From a bacterium (GTDB taxonomy: Bacteria; Patescibacteriota; Minisyncoccia; 2-01-FULL-47-10; JBBIMT01): a stretch of DNA of 64,000 nucleotides. The notes under the pieces were generated by a model. That model saw only the letters and a list, made by a program, of their open reading frames with translations. It was not told the origin of the DNA and ran no database searches. Position numbers and translations under genes: made by a program. The stretch lies in assembly GCA_037443185.1 (NCBI GenBank), contig JBBIOV010000001.1, positions 10,866-74,865 of the forward strand. Reading direction: 5' to 3'. Positions 19,875 to 30,506 of the stretch are shown here, piece after piece (positions within the stretch are counted from its first letter, which is position 1; the number at the start of each line of letters is the position of its first letter).

Positions 19875-19888
19875 TAAAAAATTATCGT

Positions 19889-21307
19889 TTAACCTTCCTT
19901 ATCATTTAATATATTCAAAGCTATATCAATTCTTCTTAATGTTTCTTTTTTTCCTAAAGCATCGGCTATTTCTGTTGGACTAGCACTTTTTTCTTTTCCA
20001 GAAATAGCAACTCGAAAAGGCCAAAAGACTTTTCCTCTATCCTGATATTTTACTGAAATATCTTCTAAAGTTTTTTGAATGGAAATTTTATCGAAAAAAT
20101 CTAATTTACCAACAACTTCTTTGATTTCATTTAATATTATTTTTATTTCTTTAAAATTTTGATTTTTCCAAGCTAATAGCTCCGGTTTATAGTCAAGATT
20201 TTTTTTAAAATAAATGTCAACAACACTTTTAATGTCGCATAATTTTTTCATTCTTTCTTTTTCTAATAACAGAGCCTTGTTTAAATCAATACCAGCATCT
20301 TGAATCCATTTAAAATCAATTAAATTATCCTCCTTTAAATACTGAATTGCCAATTTAAAGAAATCATCGAAGTTCAATTTTTTCAGATAATAACTGTTCA
20401 AACTTTCTAATTTTTTTAAATCAAAAATAGCTGAACTTTTTTGAATTCGATTCAAAGAAAATTCTTTAATCAGTTCTGAAAGACTAAAATGCTCCCTATT
20501 ATCTGAAGGATGCCAACCAAGCAAAGCTAAAAAATTAATCAATGCTTCAGGAAGATACCCCTTTTTCTTAAATTCATTTAAAGAAGCGGCGCCGTGTCGT
20601 TTAGATAGCTTAGCTTTATCTTGACCCAAGATTAAAGGTAAATGAGCGAAATTTGGTGCTTTTTTATTTAAGGCTTCTAAAATTAAAATTTGTTTTGGGG
20701 TATTAGAAATATGCTCTTCCCCTCTTATTACATCAGTGACTGACATTTCCGAATCATCGACAACAGCAGCAAAGTTATATAAAGGCTCATTTAAACTTTT
20801 AGCAATCACAAAATCGCCTAAAGTGTTAGTGTTTATAGCAATTTCGCCTCTTATTAAATCTTTAAATTTGATTACTCTTCCCTGCTCTACTGCTAATCTA
20901 ATTACCGCATTAGCGGGTCTTAAAGAACGATTTGTTTTTTGATTACACCAATGGACCTGTGGTTTTCCTTTTAATTTTGCCTCTTGTCGTTCAGTTTCTA
21001 GTTCGTTTTTTGTATGACTACAATAAAAAGCTTTTTTGTTTTTTAATAACAAAGATAAATAATCAGAATATATTTTTCGTCTATCTGATTGTCTATAAAA
21101 TTCATCCCATTTTAAACTTAACCAATCTAAACTTTTTATAATATCATCTTCATATTCTTTTTTAGAGCGTACCTTATCAGTATCTTCAATTCTTAAAATG
21201 AATTTTCCATTATTTTGACGGGCTAAAAGAAAATTGTATAGAGCTGTTCTAACTCCTCCAATATGTAAATAACCAGTTGGTGAAGGGGCAAACCGTGTAA
21301 TGGTCAT
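19889..21307 (-). CDS. gltX: Glutamyl-tRNA synthetase
   Basis: Class I HIGH motif (PSPTGYLHIGGVRTALYNFLLAR) and KMSKS-like KLSKRHG. Confidence 0.9.
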   Translation of the reverse strand: MTITRFAPSPTGYLHIGGVRTALYNFLLARQNNGKFILRIEDTDKVRSKKEYEDDIIKSLDWLSLKWDEFYRQSDRRKIYSDYLSLLLKNKKAFYCSHTKNELETERQEAKLKGKPQVHWCNQKTNRSLRPANAVIRLAVEQGRVIKFKDLIRGEIAINTNTLGDFVIAKSLNEPLYNFAAVVDDSEMSVTDVIRGEEHISNTPKQILILEALNKKAPNFAHLPLILGQDKAKLSKRHGAASLNEFKKKGYLPEALINFLALLGWHPSDNREHFSLSELIKEFSLNRIQKSSAIFDLKKLESLNSYYLKKLNFDDFFKLAIQYLKEDNLIDFKWIQDAGIDLNKALLLEKERMKKLCDIKSVVDIYFKKNLDYKPELLAWKNQNFKEIKIILNEIKEVVGKLDFFDKISIQKTLEDISVKYQDRGKVFWPFRVAISGKEKSASPTEIADALGKKETLRRIDIALNILNDKEG

Positions 21308-21354
21308 ATTAATTTAAATTTTTTATGTAATTAAATGAATATAAATACTCAAAT

Positions 21355-22587
21355 TTATTTAAAAAATATTTTATCTTGAGCTTGAATCTCTGAAGTAAAA
21401 CTTGGATCATTATGAATTTGCGTGGTATTTTGAGTAGATTGTTCATTTGAGTAAGGTGAGGAATCGTTTTGATATTTGCTAATATTTAATATATTAAAAA
21501 TCTCGCTGGCTAAAATTTGCGTTGCATTTTGATTAACAAAAGAAAAGGCGGCTTTGGACATTTTTTCTTTTAAAGGAATATCATTTAAAATATTTTTGAT
21601 TTCTGATATTAAGAGTTCTGGGGTTAAATTATTTTGATTTAATATAAGCGCTGCTCCGGTTCTTGCATATAAAAAAGCATTTTTTTGTTGATGTAAAGAG
21701 GCTGATTCAGGTAAAGGAATTAAAATACTTGGTTTTCCCCATTGAGCGATTTCAAAAATGGATCCGGCCCCTGCTCGACTAATTACTAAATCCGCAGCGT
21801 TTAAATAACTTGCAAGCTCATCTTCTTCTAAAAAAGCCACTAATTTAAAATTTTTCGTTTCTGAAGGATCAATTTGGTAAATAAGATTCAGTTCTTGAGA
21901 AAATTCATCGAAGTTATTTTTACCACACTGTAAAACGATAAAATAATCATTTAATAAATGACTTAAACTTTTAGCGATAAGCGCATTTAACGCCTGAGCG
22001 CCAAGTGAGCCTCCTAAAACTAAAATTAAAGGAACATTGATATTTAATTCTTTCTTAATATCTTTGATATTTTCCTTTTTTTTGCGAATTAAATTGCCAA
22101 TTAAAGCAGTTTTTTGAGCAGGAAAAAATTGCATTGTATAAGAAAAAGATACCGCTATTCTTAATGAAAATCTTGATAAAATTCTATTGGCTAAACCAGG
22201 AATACTATCTGATTCATGAATAACTATAGGAATTCTATAAATCCAGGCAGCCAATCCAACAGGAACGCTATCATAGCCACCTTTTACGAAAACGATATCA
22301 GGCATAATTAGCCAAACAACAAAAAGACTTTTTATCAAAGAATAAATAAATTTAAAAGGATCGATAAAGTTAACTAATGAAAAATAACGACGCAATTTTG
22401 CTTTAGCGATAAAATAAGCTGTTATCCCCTCTTTGTTATAAAAATCAGACCCCAAAAAATCAGCCCCACAATAAAAAGGTTCAAAAAGCACTTTCCTTTT
22501 TTGGGCTTCTTCTTTTAATTCTCTATGCAAGGCAATTATGGAAAAAGTATGTCCTCCACTTGAACCACCTGTGTATAAGATACGCAT
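21355..22587 (-). CDS. murG: Undecaprenyldiphospho-muramoylpentapeptide beta-N-acetylglucosaminyltransferase
   Basis: MRILYTGGSSGGHTFSIIALHRELK N-terminus and GT28 C-domain. Lies in dcw order after ftsW. Has a low-complexity ~45-aa C-terminal tail. Confidence 0.8.
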   Translation of the reverse strand: MRILYTGGSSGGHTFSIIALHRELKEEAQKRKVLFEPFYCGADFLGSDFYNKEGITAYFIAKAKLRRYFSLVNFIDPFKFIYSLIKSLFVVWLIMPDIVFVKGGYDSVPVGLAAWIYRIPIVIHESDSIPGLANRILSRFSLRIAVSFSYTMQFFPAQKTALIGNLIRKKKENIKDIKKELNINVPLILVLGGSLGAQALNALIAKSLSHLLNDYFIVLQCGKNNFDEFSQELNLIYQIDPSETKNFKLVAFLEEDELASYLNAADLVISRAGAGSIFEIAQWGKPSILIPLPESASLHQQKNAFLYARTGAALILNQNNLTPELLISEIKNILNDIPLKEKMSKAAFSFVNQNATQILASEIFNILNISKYQNDSSPYSNEQSTQNTTQIHNDPSFTSEIQAQDKIFFK

Positions 22588-22791
22588 ATTGTTAAAAAAT
22601 TAATTTAGTATTTATTATATCTGCTTCTATGGTGTATCGTAAAATAATGATTTGATGATTAAATTAAAATAAAAGTTATTATAATCCTATTTTTTATTTT
22701 TAATTTAACATTTTTCATTTTTTCTTTAACACCTTTGTTTTTACGGTATTTTTACCATTTTACATTATTTTTAGCAAATATTCTACTTCGT

Positions 22792-23898
22792 TTATATCTT
22801 CTGGCTTTTTGCTATGTTTACTACCACACCCAAAGAAAACATAGTAACGATTAATGAAGTACTGCCATGGCTAATCAATGGCAAAGTAACACCGGTAAAT
22901 GGAAATACATTTAAAACCCCGCCCATATTAATTATTGATTGGACCAATATCATAATCCCAACTCCGGCAGCACATAATTTAGCAAAAAAATCATCGGATT
23001 TTTTGCCGACACTTAAACAAAGTAGTCCCAAAAACATTATTGTACCTAATATCACTAAAGCGCCTATAAATCCTAATTCTTCACCAATAATCGCAAAAAT
23101 AGTATCACCAGCCGGCTCAGGTAAAAAATTCCATTTTTGACTTGAGTAACCGAAACCTTTCCCAAATAACCCACCAGATCCTAAAGAAATTAAAGATTCT
23201 TTTATTTGATAACCACTACCTAAAGGATCCTTTTCATAATTTAAAAAAGTATTTAATCTTTGGGCTTTTTCGGGAAAAACAGAAATTATTCCTAAAAAAA
23301 GAAAAAAACCAACGAGCAGCATTGCCACAAAATGAGAAAACTTACCGCCTCCTAAAAAAAATAATCCAAGGGCTATTGAGCCTATAATAAACAATGTGCC
23401 AAAATCAGGTTGAAATAAAATTAATATTCCAACCAAAGCCACGATAAAAATAAAACCAACTGTCCCTTCTTCAAATGTTTCTATTTTTTTATTCCTACTA
23501 CTTAACCAAGCGCTTAAATAAAAAATTAACCCTATTTTAGCAAGTTCTGCTGGTTGAAAAGATATAAATCCTAAATTAATCCAACTTGAAGAGTTGCCGA
23601 TTTTTAAACCCGCTGGTGAAAACACCAACACTAGTAAAATTAAACAAAAAATGAAAATCAAAAGAGCCAACTGTCTCCAAATATTATAAGGTAAAACGGC
23701 AGCAATTAAAAATCCAATTATTCCGATTAATCCCCCTATAAATTGTTTTTTTAAAAAATATAAACTATCATCAAAGGAAGAAATCCCCTTTACCGAAGAA
23801 GCTGAACTCAGCATTAAAAGCCCAAAAACAAAAAGTCCAAAAGTTACAAAGAAAATTGTTCGTCCTAAACTCATTTTTGAATTTAAAATCTTTAACAA
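22792..23898 (-). CDS. ftsW: Lipid II flippase / peptidoglycan glycosyltransferase FtsW (SEDS family)
   Basis: Polytopic; SEDS motif GLKIGNSSSWINLGFISFQPAELAKIGLIFYLSAWL. Confidence 0.8.
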   Translation of the reverse strand: MLKILNSKMSLGRTIFFVTFGLFVFGLLMLSSASSVKGISSFDDSLYFLKKQFIGGLIGIIGFLIAAVLPYNIWRQLALLIFIFCLILLVLVFSPAGLKIGNSSSWINLGFISFQPAELAKIGLIFYLSAWLSSRNKKIETFEEGTVGFIFIVALVGILILFQPDFGTLFIIGSIALGLFFLGGGKFSHFVAMLLVGFFLFLGIISVFPEKAQRLNTFLNYEKDPLGSGYQIKESLISLGSGGLFGKGFGYSSQKWNFLPEPAGDTIFAIIGEELGFIGALVILGTIMFLGLLCLSVGKKSDDFFAKLCAAGVGIMILVQSIINMGGVLNVFPFTGVTLPLISHGSTSLIVTMFSLGVVVNIAKSQKI

Positions 23899-25328
23899 TG
23901 ACTGATTATTTTAGAAAAATGTTCTCCCCTTTCATATTCGTTTTTATAAGCATTAAAACTTGCACAAGCCGGTGAAAACAATAAAACCCCTCCTTTGATG
24001 CTATTTAAATAGGCAACCGCTTTTTTAACAGCATCTTCTAAATCATTCGCTTTATTAAATAGAAAATTTCTATTATTTCTCATTTCAATGAGATTAGTCA
24101 TTTTGTCAGAACCACTGCCTGGTATCATTATTAAAGCGCCTGAAAAATTTTCTATTAAATAATCAATTAATTCTGTAAAATCCAATTTTTTATCCTCCCC
24201 TCCTAAAATTAAAGCAACTTTTGTTTTGCCAAATTTTTCAATAATAGTTTTTGATGAACGCATTGTGGCTGTAGGATTTGTTGCGCAAGAATCATTAAAA
24301 AATGAAATTCCATTGGATTCTTTTTCAAGAGTTAATCGGTATTGAAGCCATTTAAAATTTTTTAAATAAATCGGTAAATTTTTAAAATTAGCTCCTAAAA
24401 TGAAAGCAGTTGTTGCAGCACAAAGAAGATTCTCAACATTGTGCTGACCAAAAATTTTTAATTCTTCTAATTTGGAAATGAAATTTTTATTGTGGCCCAA
24501 GAAAATAGAACCATCAGATAAATAAGCACCAGGTTGATAAATACTTTCTTTACTAATAACTTCACTTAAGTCAAATTTACTCGAAAATAAAAATACCTTC
24601 GATTTAGCTTCACTGGCTAATGAAAAAACATTTTTATAATCGAATGGTAAAACCAAAAAATCGTCTTTTTTTTGGTATTTGAAAATATTTTTTTTAGCAG
24701 CGATATAATTTTCCAAGGTGCCGTATTTATTTAAATGGTCATTAAAAATGTTAGTAATAACAGCAAGATTGGGGCTTTTTTTAATAATAGCCAGATCTTC
24801 AAGTTGAAAACTGGAAAGTTCCAAAACCACTAAAGTATCACTTTTAAGTTGAGGTAAAATGTTCAAAACCGATTTTCCAATATTGCCTGCTAAAGCAACC
24901 GGCCCTTTGCTTTTTAAAAGCTCTGCTGTTAAAGCGGCGGTGGTGGATTTGCCTTTGGTGCCAGTAATTCCGATTATGAAAGATGGACAAAATCGAAAGA
25001 AAATGGTAATATCGCTTTCCACTAAAACCCCATGATCTTTAGCAAGTTTTAAATAAGGTGATGTTTTAGAAATAGCTGGATTTTTTATAACAATGTCTGT
25101 GTCAATAAAATTTTCTGGTAGATGTTTTCCTAAAACATATTCAATGTTGTATGCTTTTAATTTTTCGAGGCTTGGTTTTAAATCCTCTTCTTTTTTAATA
25201 TCAGTAACCAAAACTTTTGCTCCATAGCGGGCAAAAAATTCAGCAGCCCCCACTCCTCCACCATGAAGTCCAAGCCCAAAAATCGTTACCTTTTTGCCTT
25301 TAATATCTTTTAAAGTTTTAAGTTCCAT
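23892..25328 (-). CDS. murD: UDP-N-acetylmuramoylalanine--D-glutamate ligase
   Basis: KKVTIFGLGLHGGGVGAAEFFARYGAKVLVTD and P-loop GITGTKGKSTTAAL. Position between mraY and ftsW. Confidence 0.85.
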   Translation of the reverse strand: MELKTLKDIKGKKVTIFGLGLHGGGVGAAEFFARYGAKVLVTDIKKEEDLKPSLEKLKAYNIEYVLGKHLPENFIDTDIVIKNPAISKTSPYLKLAKDHGVLVESDITIFFRFCPSFIIGITGTKGKSTTAALTAELLKSKGPVALAGNIGKSVLNILPQLKSDTLVVLELSSFQLEDLAIIKKSPNLAVITNIFNDHLNKYGTLENYIAAKKNIFKYQKKDDFLVLPFDYKNVFSLASEAKSKVFLFSSKFDLSEVISKESIYQPGAYLSDGSIFLGHNKNFISKLEELKIFGQHNVENLLCAATTAFILGANFKNLPIYLKNFKWLQYRLTLEKESNGISFFNDSCATNPTATMRSSKTIIEKFGKTKVALILGGEDKKLDFTELIDYLIENFSGALIMIPGSGSDKMTNLIEMRNNRNFLFNKANDLEDAVKKAVAYLNSIKGGVLLFSPACASFNAYKNEYERGEHFSKIISHC

Positions 25329-25355
25329 AATAAATGATTTTTTTTGTTTAAATTT

Positions 25356-26372
25356 TTATTGACGTGATAAAAACCAAATAATAAAACCAATAACACAAGA
25401 CATTACAGAGATAATCCAAAATCGTTCTGTAATTTTAGTTTCTGGCCAACCTTTAGCTTCGAAATGATGATGAATTGGAGTAGATAAAAAAACTTTTCTC
25501 TTTAAGAATTTTTTACTTAATAATTGAATGATTACAGACGATGATTCTAAAAATAATACCGGAGCAAAAAAAGGAAGTAAAATCACTGTATTGGTTAAAA
25601 TTGCGACAACTCCTAAAATAGCGCCCAATGATAGTGAACCAGTATCTCCCATAAAAAATCTTGCCGGGTGGATATTAAACCACAAAAAAGCAAGCAATGA
25701 ACCAATAGTTACACTAAGTAATGCTGCTAAATTTAATCTTCCCAAAATAAAAGCGATAATGCCTTGAGCAGTTAAAGCAAAAAGCAAAACTCCGCCAGCT
25801 AAACCATCAATCCCATCAGTTTCATTAGCTGAAAGAGAAGATGCAAGTAAAACTAAAATAAAAAACAAAAACGCCGCAATACTTCCTATTTCTAAATTTC
25901 CCCAAAACGGAATAAATATTGAAGTGAACTCAAGTTTATAAACAAACCACCACGCACAAATTCCACTGATAATCCCGGAGGCTATAATTTTTGATAGTGG
26001 CGAAATTCCTTGACCATTTTTGCTTTTTTTAAAAATTCCATACAAATCGTCGATCAAACCAATTATACCAGCTAAAACCATAACTCCCAGAGGCAAAAAA
26101 GTTTCAGAGCGCGAAAGGAAATTAAAGGGGGTATATGATAAAAAAACAGCAAAAATAAGCACTGTTCCCCAAATTAAAATTCCAGCCATTGTCGGTGTGC
26201 CTGTTTTTTTGATGTGTATTTGGGTAAAAACTGGGGTTTCTGGAGAAATTCTAATTTGCTTACCAAGTTTATGTTTAAAAACAAAATCAGTAAAAACCGG
26301 CGTTAAAAAGATGGTAAAGAGAAACGAAAAAACTGTTAAGACTCCTAATTTTATCAAAATTAACTCGTTCAT
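25356..26372 (-). CDS. mraY: Phospho-N-acetylmuramoyl-pentapeptide transferase
   Basis: Polytopic membrane protein with MraY motifs (PTMAGILIW, GLIDDLYG, HHHFE). Confidence 0.85.
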   Translation of the reverse strand: MNELILIKLGVLTVFSFLFTIFLTPVFTDFVFKHKLGKQIRISPETPVFTQIHIKKTGTPTMAGILIWGTVLIFAVFLSYTPFNFLSRSETFLPLGVMVLAGIIGLIDDLYGIFKKSKNGQGISPLSKIIASGIISGICAWWFVYKLEFTSIFIPFWGNLEIGSIAAFLFFILVLLASSLSANETDGIDGLAGGVLLFALTAQGIIAFILGRLNLAALLSVTIGSLLAFLWFNIHPARFFMGDTGSLSLGAILGVVAILTNTVILLPFFAPVLFLESSSVIIQLLSKKFLKRKVFLSTPIHHHFEAKGWPETKITERFWIISVMSCVIGFIIWFLSRQ

Positions 26373-26399
26373 AAAAAATTAAATAATAAGTTAAAAAAT

Positions 26400-27401
26400 T
26401 CATTGCCAAATAAAACCATCTTTAAGATACGAAATCAAATTTTCGGTATCTGCGTAGCGATTTTGTGAATTCAATACAACTAATATTAATTCCCTGTTGT
26501 CAGGTACTTTAATAATAGCGGCATAATTTTGAAGTGCTTTTTGAGTCGTACCAGTTTTCCCAAAAACTATATCTGGATTATCAATTAATTGATTAGTATT
26601 TTTAATCAATATTTTCCTTTGTGCTAAAGATGAAAGTTCAATTTCTTTAATAGAGAGAATTTTTTTTATAACAGGCTGATTGCTAATAAAATGCAATAAA
26701 GTTGCCAAATCTTCAGCGGTGGAATAATTTTTTTCATCATCCAACCCTATCGGATTTTGGAAATGAGTATTATCCATTTTAAGGCGTTTAGCCGTTTCGT
26801 TCATTTTTTCGACGAAGTTTTCAATGCCAAAATGATGAGCAATGGCGTAAATTGCATTATTGTTTGATTCAATTAAAGCGAATTTTAAAAGAGTTTCTAC
26901 AGAATATCGTTCGCCGGCATAAAATCTTAAAAAACTGCCTTTATAAGCAACATCATCTTGTGTTAATTGGATAATAGTTTGAAGATCAATATTATCTAAA
27001 ATCACTAATGCTGCCATCAGTTTAGTTAAACTACCAATTTGAAGTTTTAATTGTGGATTTTTTTTAAAAAATATCCTACTTGTATTAAAATCTATGACGA
27101 TCGCCGATTTTGCGCTCAATGTTGGAACAAGTGTGTCGGTTTTTAAAATTGGGAAGGAAATAGGTTTTAAAAATGATTCCAGTTCGAAAGATAAATTTTC
27201 ATTTAATGCATTATTGTTTTGAACATTTTTTGCTAGGACGTTTTCGATTGCAACCGCTGATGAATCAGAAGCATTATCTGTTAATAAGAAAAAAATAGCC
27301 AAAATAAAAAGAATCGGAACACAAAATCCCAAAAGCAAAGCAACAAAATAAATAGAAATGTTATTTATTTTTTTCTTTGTTGTGTTTAACATATATTCCA
27401 A
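26400..27401 (-). CDS. D-alanyl-D-alanine carboxypeptidase (S11, PBP5-like)
   Basis: SxxK (GSLTKLM), SxN (ESNNNA) and KTG (GKTGTT) motifs. N-terminal TM. Confidence 0.7.
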   Translation of the reverse strand: MEYMLNTTKKKINNISIYFVALLLGFCVPILFILAIFFLLTDNASDSSAVAIENVLAKNVQNNNALNENLSFELESFLKPISFPILKTDTLVPTLSAKSAIVIDFNTSRIFFKKNPQLKLQIGSLTKLMAALVILDNIDLQTIIQLTQDDVAYKGSFLRFYAGERYSVETLLKFALIESNNNAIYAIAHHFGIENFVEKMNETAKRLKMDNTHFQNPIGLDDEKNYSTAEDLATLLHFISNQPVIKKILSIKEIELSSLAQRKILIKNTNQLIDNPDIVFGKTGTTQKALQNYAAIIKVPDNRELILVVLNSQNRYADTENLISYLKDGFIWQ

Positions 27402-28767
27402 GTTCTTCTAACTGTTCTTTTTCTATTACTGATGGACTATCCATAATAGAAGTTTTACCATTGCCGTCTGTTGGAAAAGGGATTACTTCACGAATATTAA
27501 GTTCATGATTTAAAACACATAAAAGTCTATCAAAGCCCCAAGCGATACCACCATGAGGTGGAGCTCCGAAACTAAAAGCTTCTAACATATGACCGAAATT
27601 TTCCTTGATTTTTTCATCTGATAAACCAATAATTTCAAATACAGCCTTTAAAGCTTCAGGCTGGTGGTTGCGAATACTCCCCCCGCCGATCTCCAATCCA
27701 TTTAAAACAATATCATACTGGGTAGTTAAAATTTTATCTATATTTTGTTTTTTTAAAAGATTTTCCATATGTTCTTCAGTGGGTTTTGAAAATGGATTGT
27801 GGGTAAAAGTCCATTTTCCGTCTTCGTTTTTTTCAAAAAAAGGAAAATCAATAATCCAGCAAAAGGCAAGCAAGTGAGGATCAGTTTTATCTTTTCTAAT
27901 ATCTGGTTTATCAATATTATATTTCTGAATAGCTTCTTTATAAGTGATTTTAGGAAATGGTATCTCTTGGATTTTTTTATGAGGATATAATTTAGTAACA
28001 ATTTCTATCAATAATTTTTCATTTAAATCCATAACATCTTCTCTTGTAACAAAACTCATTTCCATATCAAGTTGTAAAAACTCAAATTGCCTATCTCCCC
28101 GTAAATCTTCATCACGAAAACATTTAGCAAATTGAAAATATTTCTCAAAACCAGAAACCATTAAAAGCTGCTTATATTGTTGGGGCGCTTGGGGCAAGGC
28201 GTAAAATTTTCCTTTATGGAGTCTAGAAGGCACTAAAAAATCTCGCGCTCCTTCAGGAGTACTTTTTGATAAAATTGGAGTTTCAATTTCAATAAATCCT
28301 CTTTTGGATAAATAATTTCTAATAAAAAGTTGAATTTCTGCTCGCTTTTTTATATTTTGTTGTAGGCGATTACGTCTTAAATCTAAATAGCGATATTTCA
28401 AGCGTAAATTTTCATTAATCTCAATTCCCTCGCCCAATAAATCAAATGGTGGAGTTTGAGACTGATTCAAGATTTCTAATTTATCAGCTGATATTTCGAT
28501 TTCTCCGGTTGGCATTTTGTCATTTATCATATTTTCTGGTCTTTTATTTACAATCCCTTCAATTTTCACCACAAACCAATCACGAAGTTTTTGGGCATCT
28601 TTTAGGCTTTCGTTTTTTAAATAAAAAATAACTTGACAAACACCAGAAACATCCTTAATATCGCAAAAGATTATTTTTCCGTGGTCGCGACGTGAAATAA
28701 CCCAACCTGAAATTTCAACCCTTTCCCCGATTTTTTGGGGAGTATCTTTTATGTAAGTTCTTTGCAT
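27361..28767 (-). CDS. aspS: Aspartyl-tRNA synthetase, bacterial-type core but lacking the GAD insertion domain
   Basis: OB-fold N-domain and class II motifs (FRDEDLRGDRQFEFLQLDMEMSF; GGGSIR...GAPPHGGIAWGFDRL). Sequence runs ...YNIDKPDIRKDKTDPHLLAFCWIIDFPFF... with no GAD insert; 468 aa. Confidence 0.8.
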   Translation of the reverse strand: MQRTYIKDTPQKIGERVEISGWVISRRDHGKIIFCDIKDVSGVCQVIFYLKNESLKDAQKLRDWFVVKIEGIVNKRPENMINDKMPTGEIEISADKLEILNQSQTPPFDLLGEGIEINENLRLKYRYLDLRRNRLQQNIKKRAEIQLFIRNYLSKRGFIEIETPILSKSTPEGARDFLVPSRLHKGKFYALPQAPQQYKQLLMVSGFEKYFQFAKCFRDEDLRGDRQFEFLQLDMEMSFVTREDVMDLNEKLLIEIVTKLYPHKKIQEIPFPKITYKEAIQKYNIDKPDIRKDKTDPHLLAFCWIIDFPFFEKNEDGKWTFTHNPFSKPTEEHMENLLKKQNIDKILTTQYDIVLNGLEIGGGSIRNHQPEALKAVFEIIGLSDEKIKENFGHMLEAFSFGAPPHGGIAWGFDRLLCVLNHELNIREVIPFPTDGNGKTSIMDSPSVIEKEQLEELGIYVKHNKEKNK

Positions 28768-28865
28768 AATATTTTTATTCTATCATAAAATAAGCTAGCT
28801 GTAAATTGTTGCTTGAGATTATAATAAACAAAAAATCGCAAAAGCTTTTTAATATTCATTTTAAT

Positions 28866-30476
28866 TTAAATGGCAGTTGGCAATTCAATATGAAAAGTAC
28901 TTCCTTTGCCAATACCTGGAGAAGTCGCATAAATTTTGCCTTGATGGTCTTCGACAACTTTTTTAGCATAATAAAGCCCAAGCCCTGTTCCTTCAGTATA
29001 AAGTTGCGACACTCTAGAGCCGCGGAAAAATTTTTCAAATAATTTTGATAATTCTTCAGTGCTAATTCCGATTCCTGTATCGGTAACATTAATTGTGATC
29101 AATGAATTAATCTGTTTAACTTCAACAATTACACTTCCCTGCTCTGTATATTTTATGGCATTGTCAATAATGTTATAAATAACTTCATACATTTTTTTAT
29201 AATCAAACTTAATTTTTGATAGTGGCTTATCTGGCATATTTAAAACGAAATTCAGTTTTTTGCTTTCGGCTTTTGGTTTTAATTCTTCAAATATTTCTTT
29301 TACAAGGAGTTCTATATTGTTTATTGCAAAATGATATTCAACTTTACCTTTTTCAAGTCGAGAAATATCAAGCAATTCTTCTACCAAACCAATTAACCTT
29401 TCGGTAGTCACTGATAATTTCTCGATAAGTTTTTCTTGGGTTTCTGTAAAAGGACCGAAATCACCTTCCCGCGCTTCCGATAAATAACCTTTAAGATAGG
29501 ATAAAGGAGTTCTTAATTGATGCGAAGCAATAGACAAAAATTCACTTTTAAACTTATCGACCTGTTTTAATTGTTTATTGGTAATTTCCAACTTTTTTAC
29601 TAATTGTTCTATATTTTTACGAGTTGATATCTCTTTTAAAACACTTCTAATTAAAAGAAAACCAAATATTAAAATAAATATTGTTTGGCCTAAAAATAAT
29701 ATAAACCCAAAAATTGTTTTAGTTGTTAATAAATGAACAAGATTTATAATTAAAATAACAAAAATTAACAATTCAGTTGCAGCAACTTTTATATTAAATA
29801 ATTGATAACGGATAATAGCGCCTCCAATAAAAATAAATAATGGTAAGATAAATAATGGAGAATAAGGAACAAAAGCTGGATTATGAAAAAAAACTGTTTG
29901 TATGAAAAGAAAAAATAATAAAAAAGAATAAGTAGTTATTAAACCCAGTCCAATTAGGAACCATTGTTTTTTTAGTAGCCCGACAGCTGAAAGATAATTT
30001 TTTATTATATGAATAAAGGAAAAAACAGAAACCCCAATTAATATAACACTAAAAACTGGCATAAAAAATCCTGGACGAGGCAAAATTTTACCATCGACTG
30101 TATCAATACCCTTAAATCCATAGGGGCTTAATATAATGCTACTAGCAATTAACATTAGTAATAATATAAATATAATTTTTGACTTTGGTATAATAATTTT
30201 TTTTGATGGGAAATTAGTTACGAAAAAAAATAACAGAAAAACCAATTGTGTTGCCAATAAAAGCACTATTCGAATCCAAAAAAGAACTTTTTCACCAACA
30301 ACGTTAATTGAAATATAATTTGCTATAGCCCATGCAATAGTGAAAATTGTGTGCCCCCAAAAAAATCGATTAGTTGCGCTTTTATAATCGTGAAGGAAAA
30401 CGAAAAATCCTAAAAAGGTTAAAACAAGTGAAACAATAAAAGTACTTAATAATTTTAAGTCAACATTTATTATCAT
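28866..30476 (-). CDS. Sensor histidine kinase with a large polytopic N-terminal membrane domain
   Basis: About 7 predicted TM helices, then H-box FLSIASHQLRTPLSYL and G-boxes (GTGLGLYYAKKVVEDHQGKIY...GKGSTFHIELP). No response regulator is adjacent. Confidence 0.75.
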   Translation of the reverse strand: MIINVDLKLLSTFIVSLVLTFLGFFVFLHDYKSATNRFFWGHTIFTIAWAIANYISINVVGEKVLFWIRIVLLLATQLVFLLFFFVTNFPSKKIIIPKSKIIFILLLMLIASSIILSPYGFKGIDTVDGKILPRPGFFMPVFSVILIGVSVFSFIHIIKNYLSAVGLLKKQWFLIGLGLITTYSFLLFFLFIQTVFFHNPAFVPYSPLFILPLFIFIGGAIIRYQLFNIKVAATELLIFVILIINLVHLLTTKTIFGFILFLGQTIFILIFGFLLIRSVLKEISTRKNIEQLVKKLEITNKQLKQVDKFKSEFLSIASHQLRTPLSYLKGYLSEAREGDFGPFTETQEKLIEKLSVTTERLIGLVEELLDISRLEKGKVEYHFAINNIELLVKEIFEELKPKAESKKLNFVLNMPDKPLSKIKFDYKKMYEVIYNIIDNAIKYTEQGSVIVEVKQINSLITINVTDTGIGISTEELSKLFEKFFRGSRVSQLYTEGTGLGLYYAKKVVEDHQGKIYATSPGIGKGSTFHIELPTAI

Positions 30477-30506
30477 TTTTTTAAGAAAGAAATTATTATA
30501 AAAATT

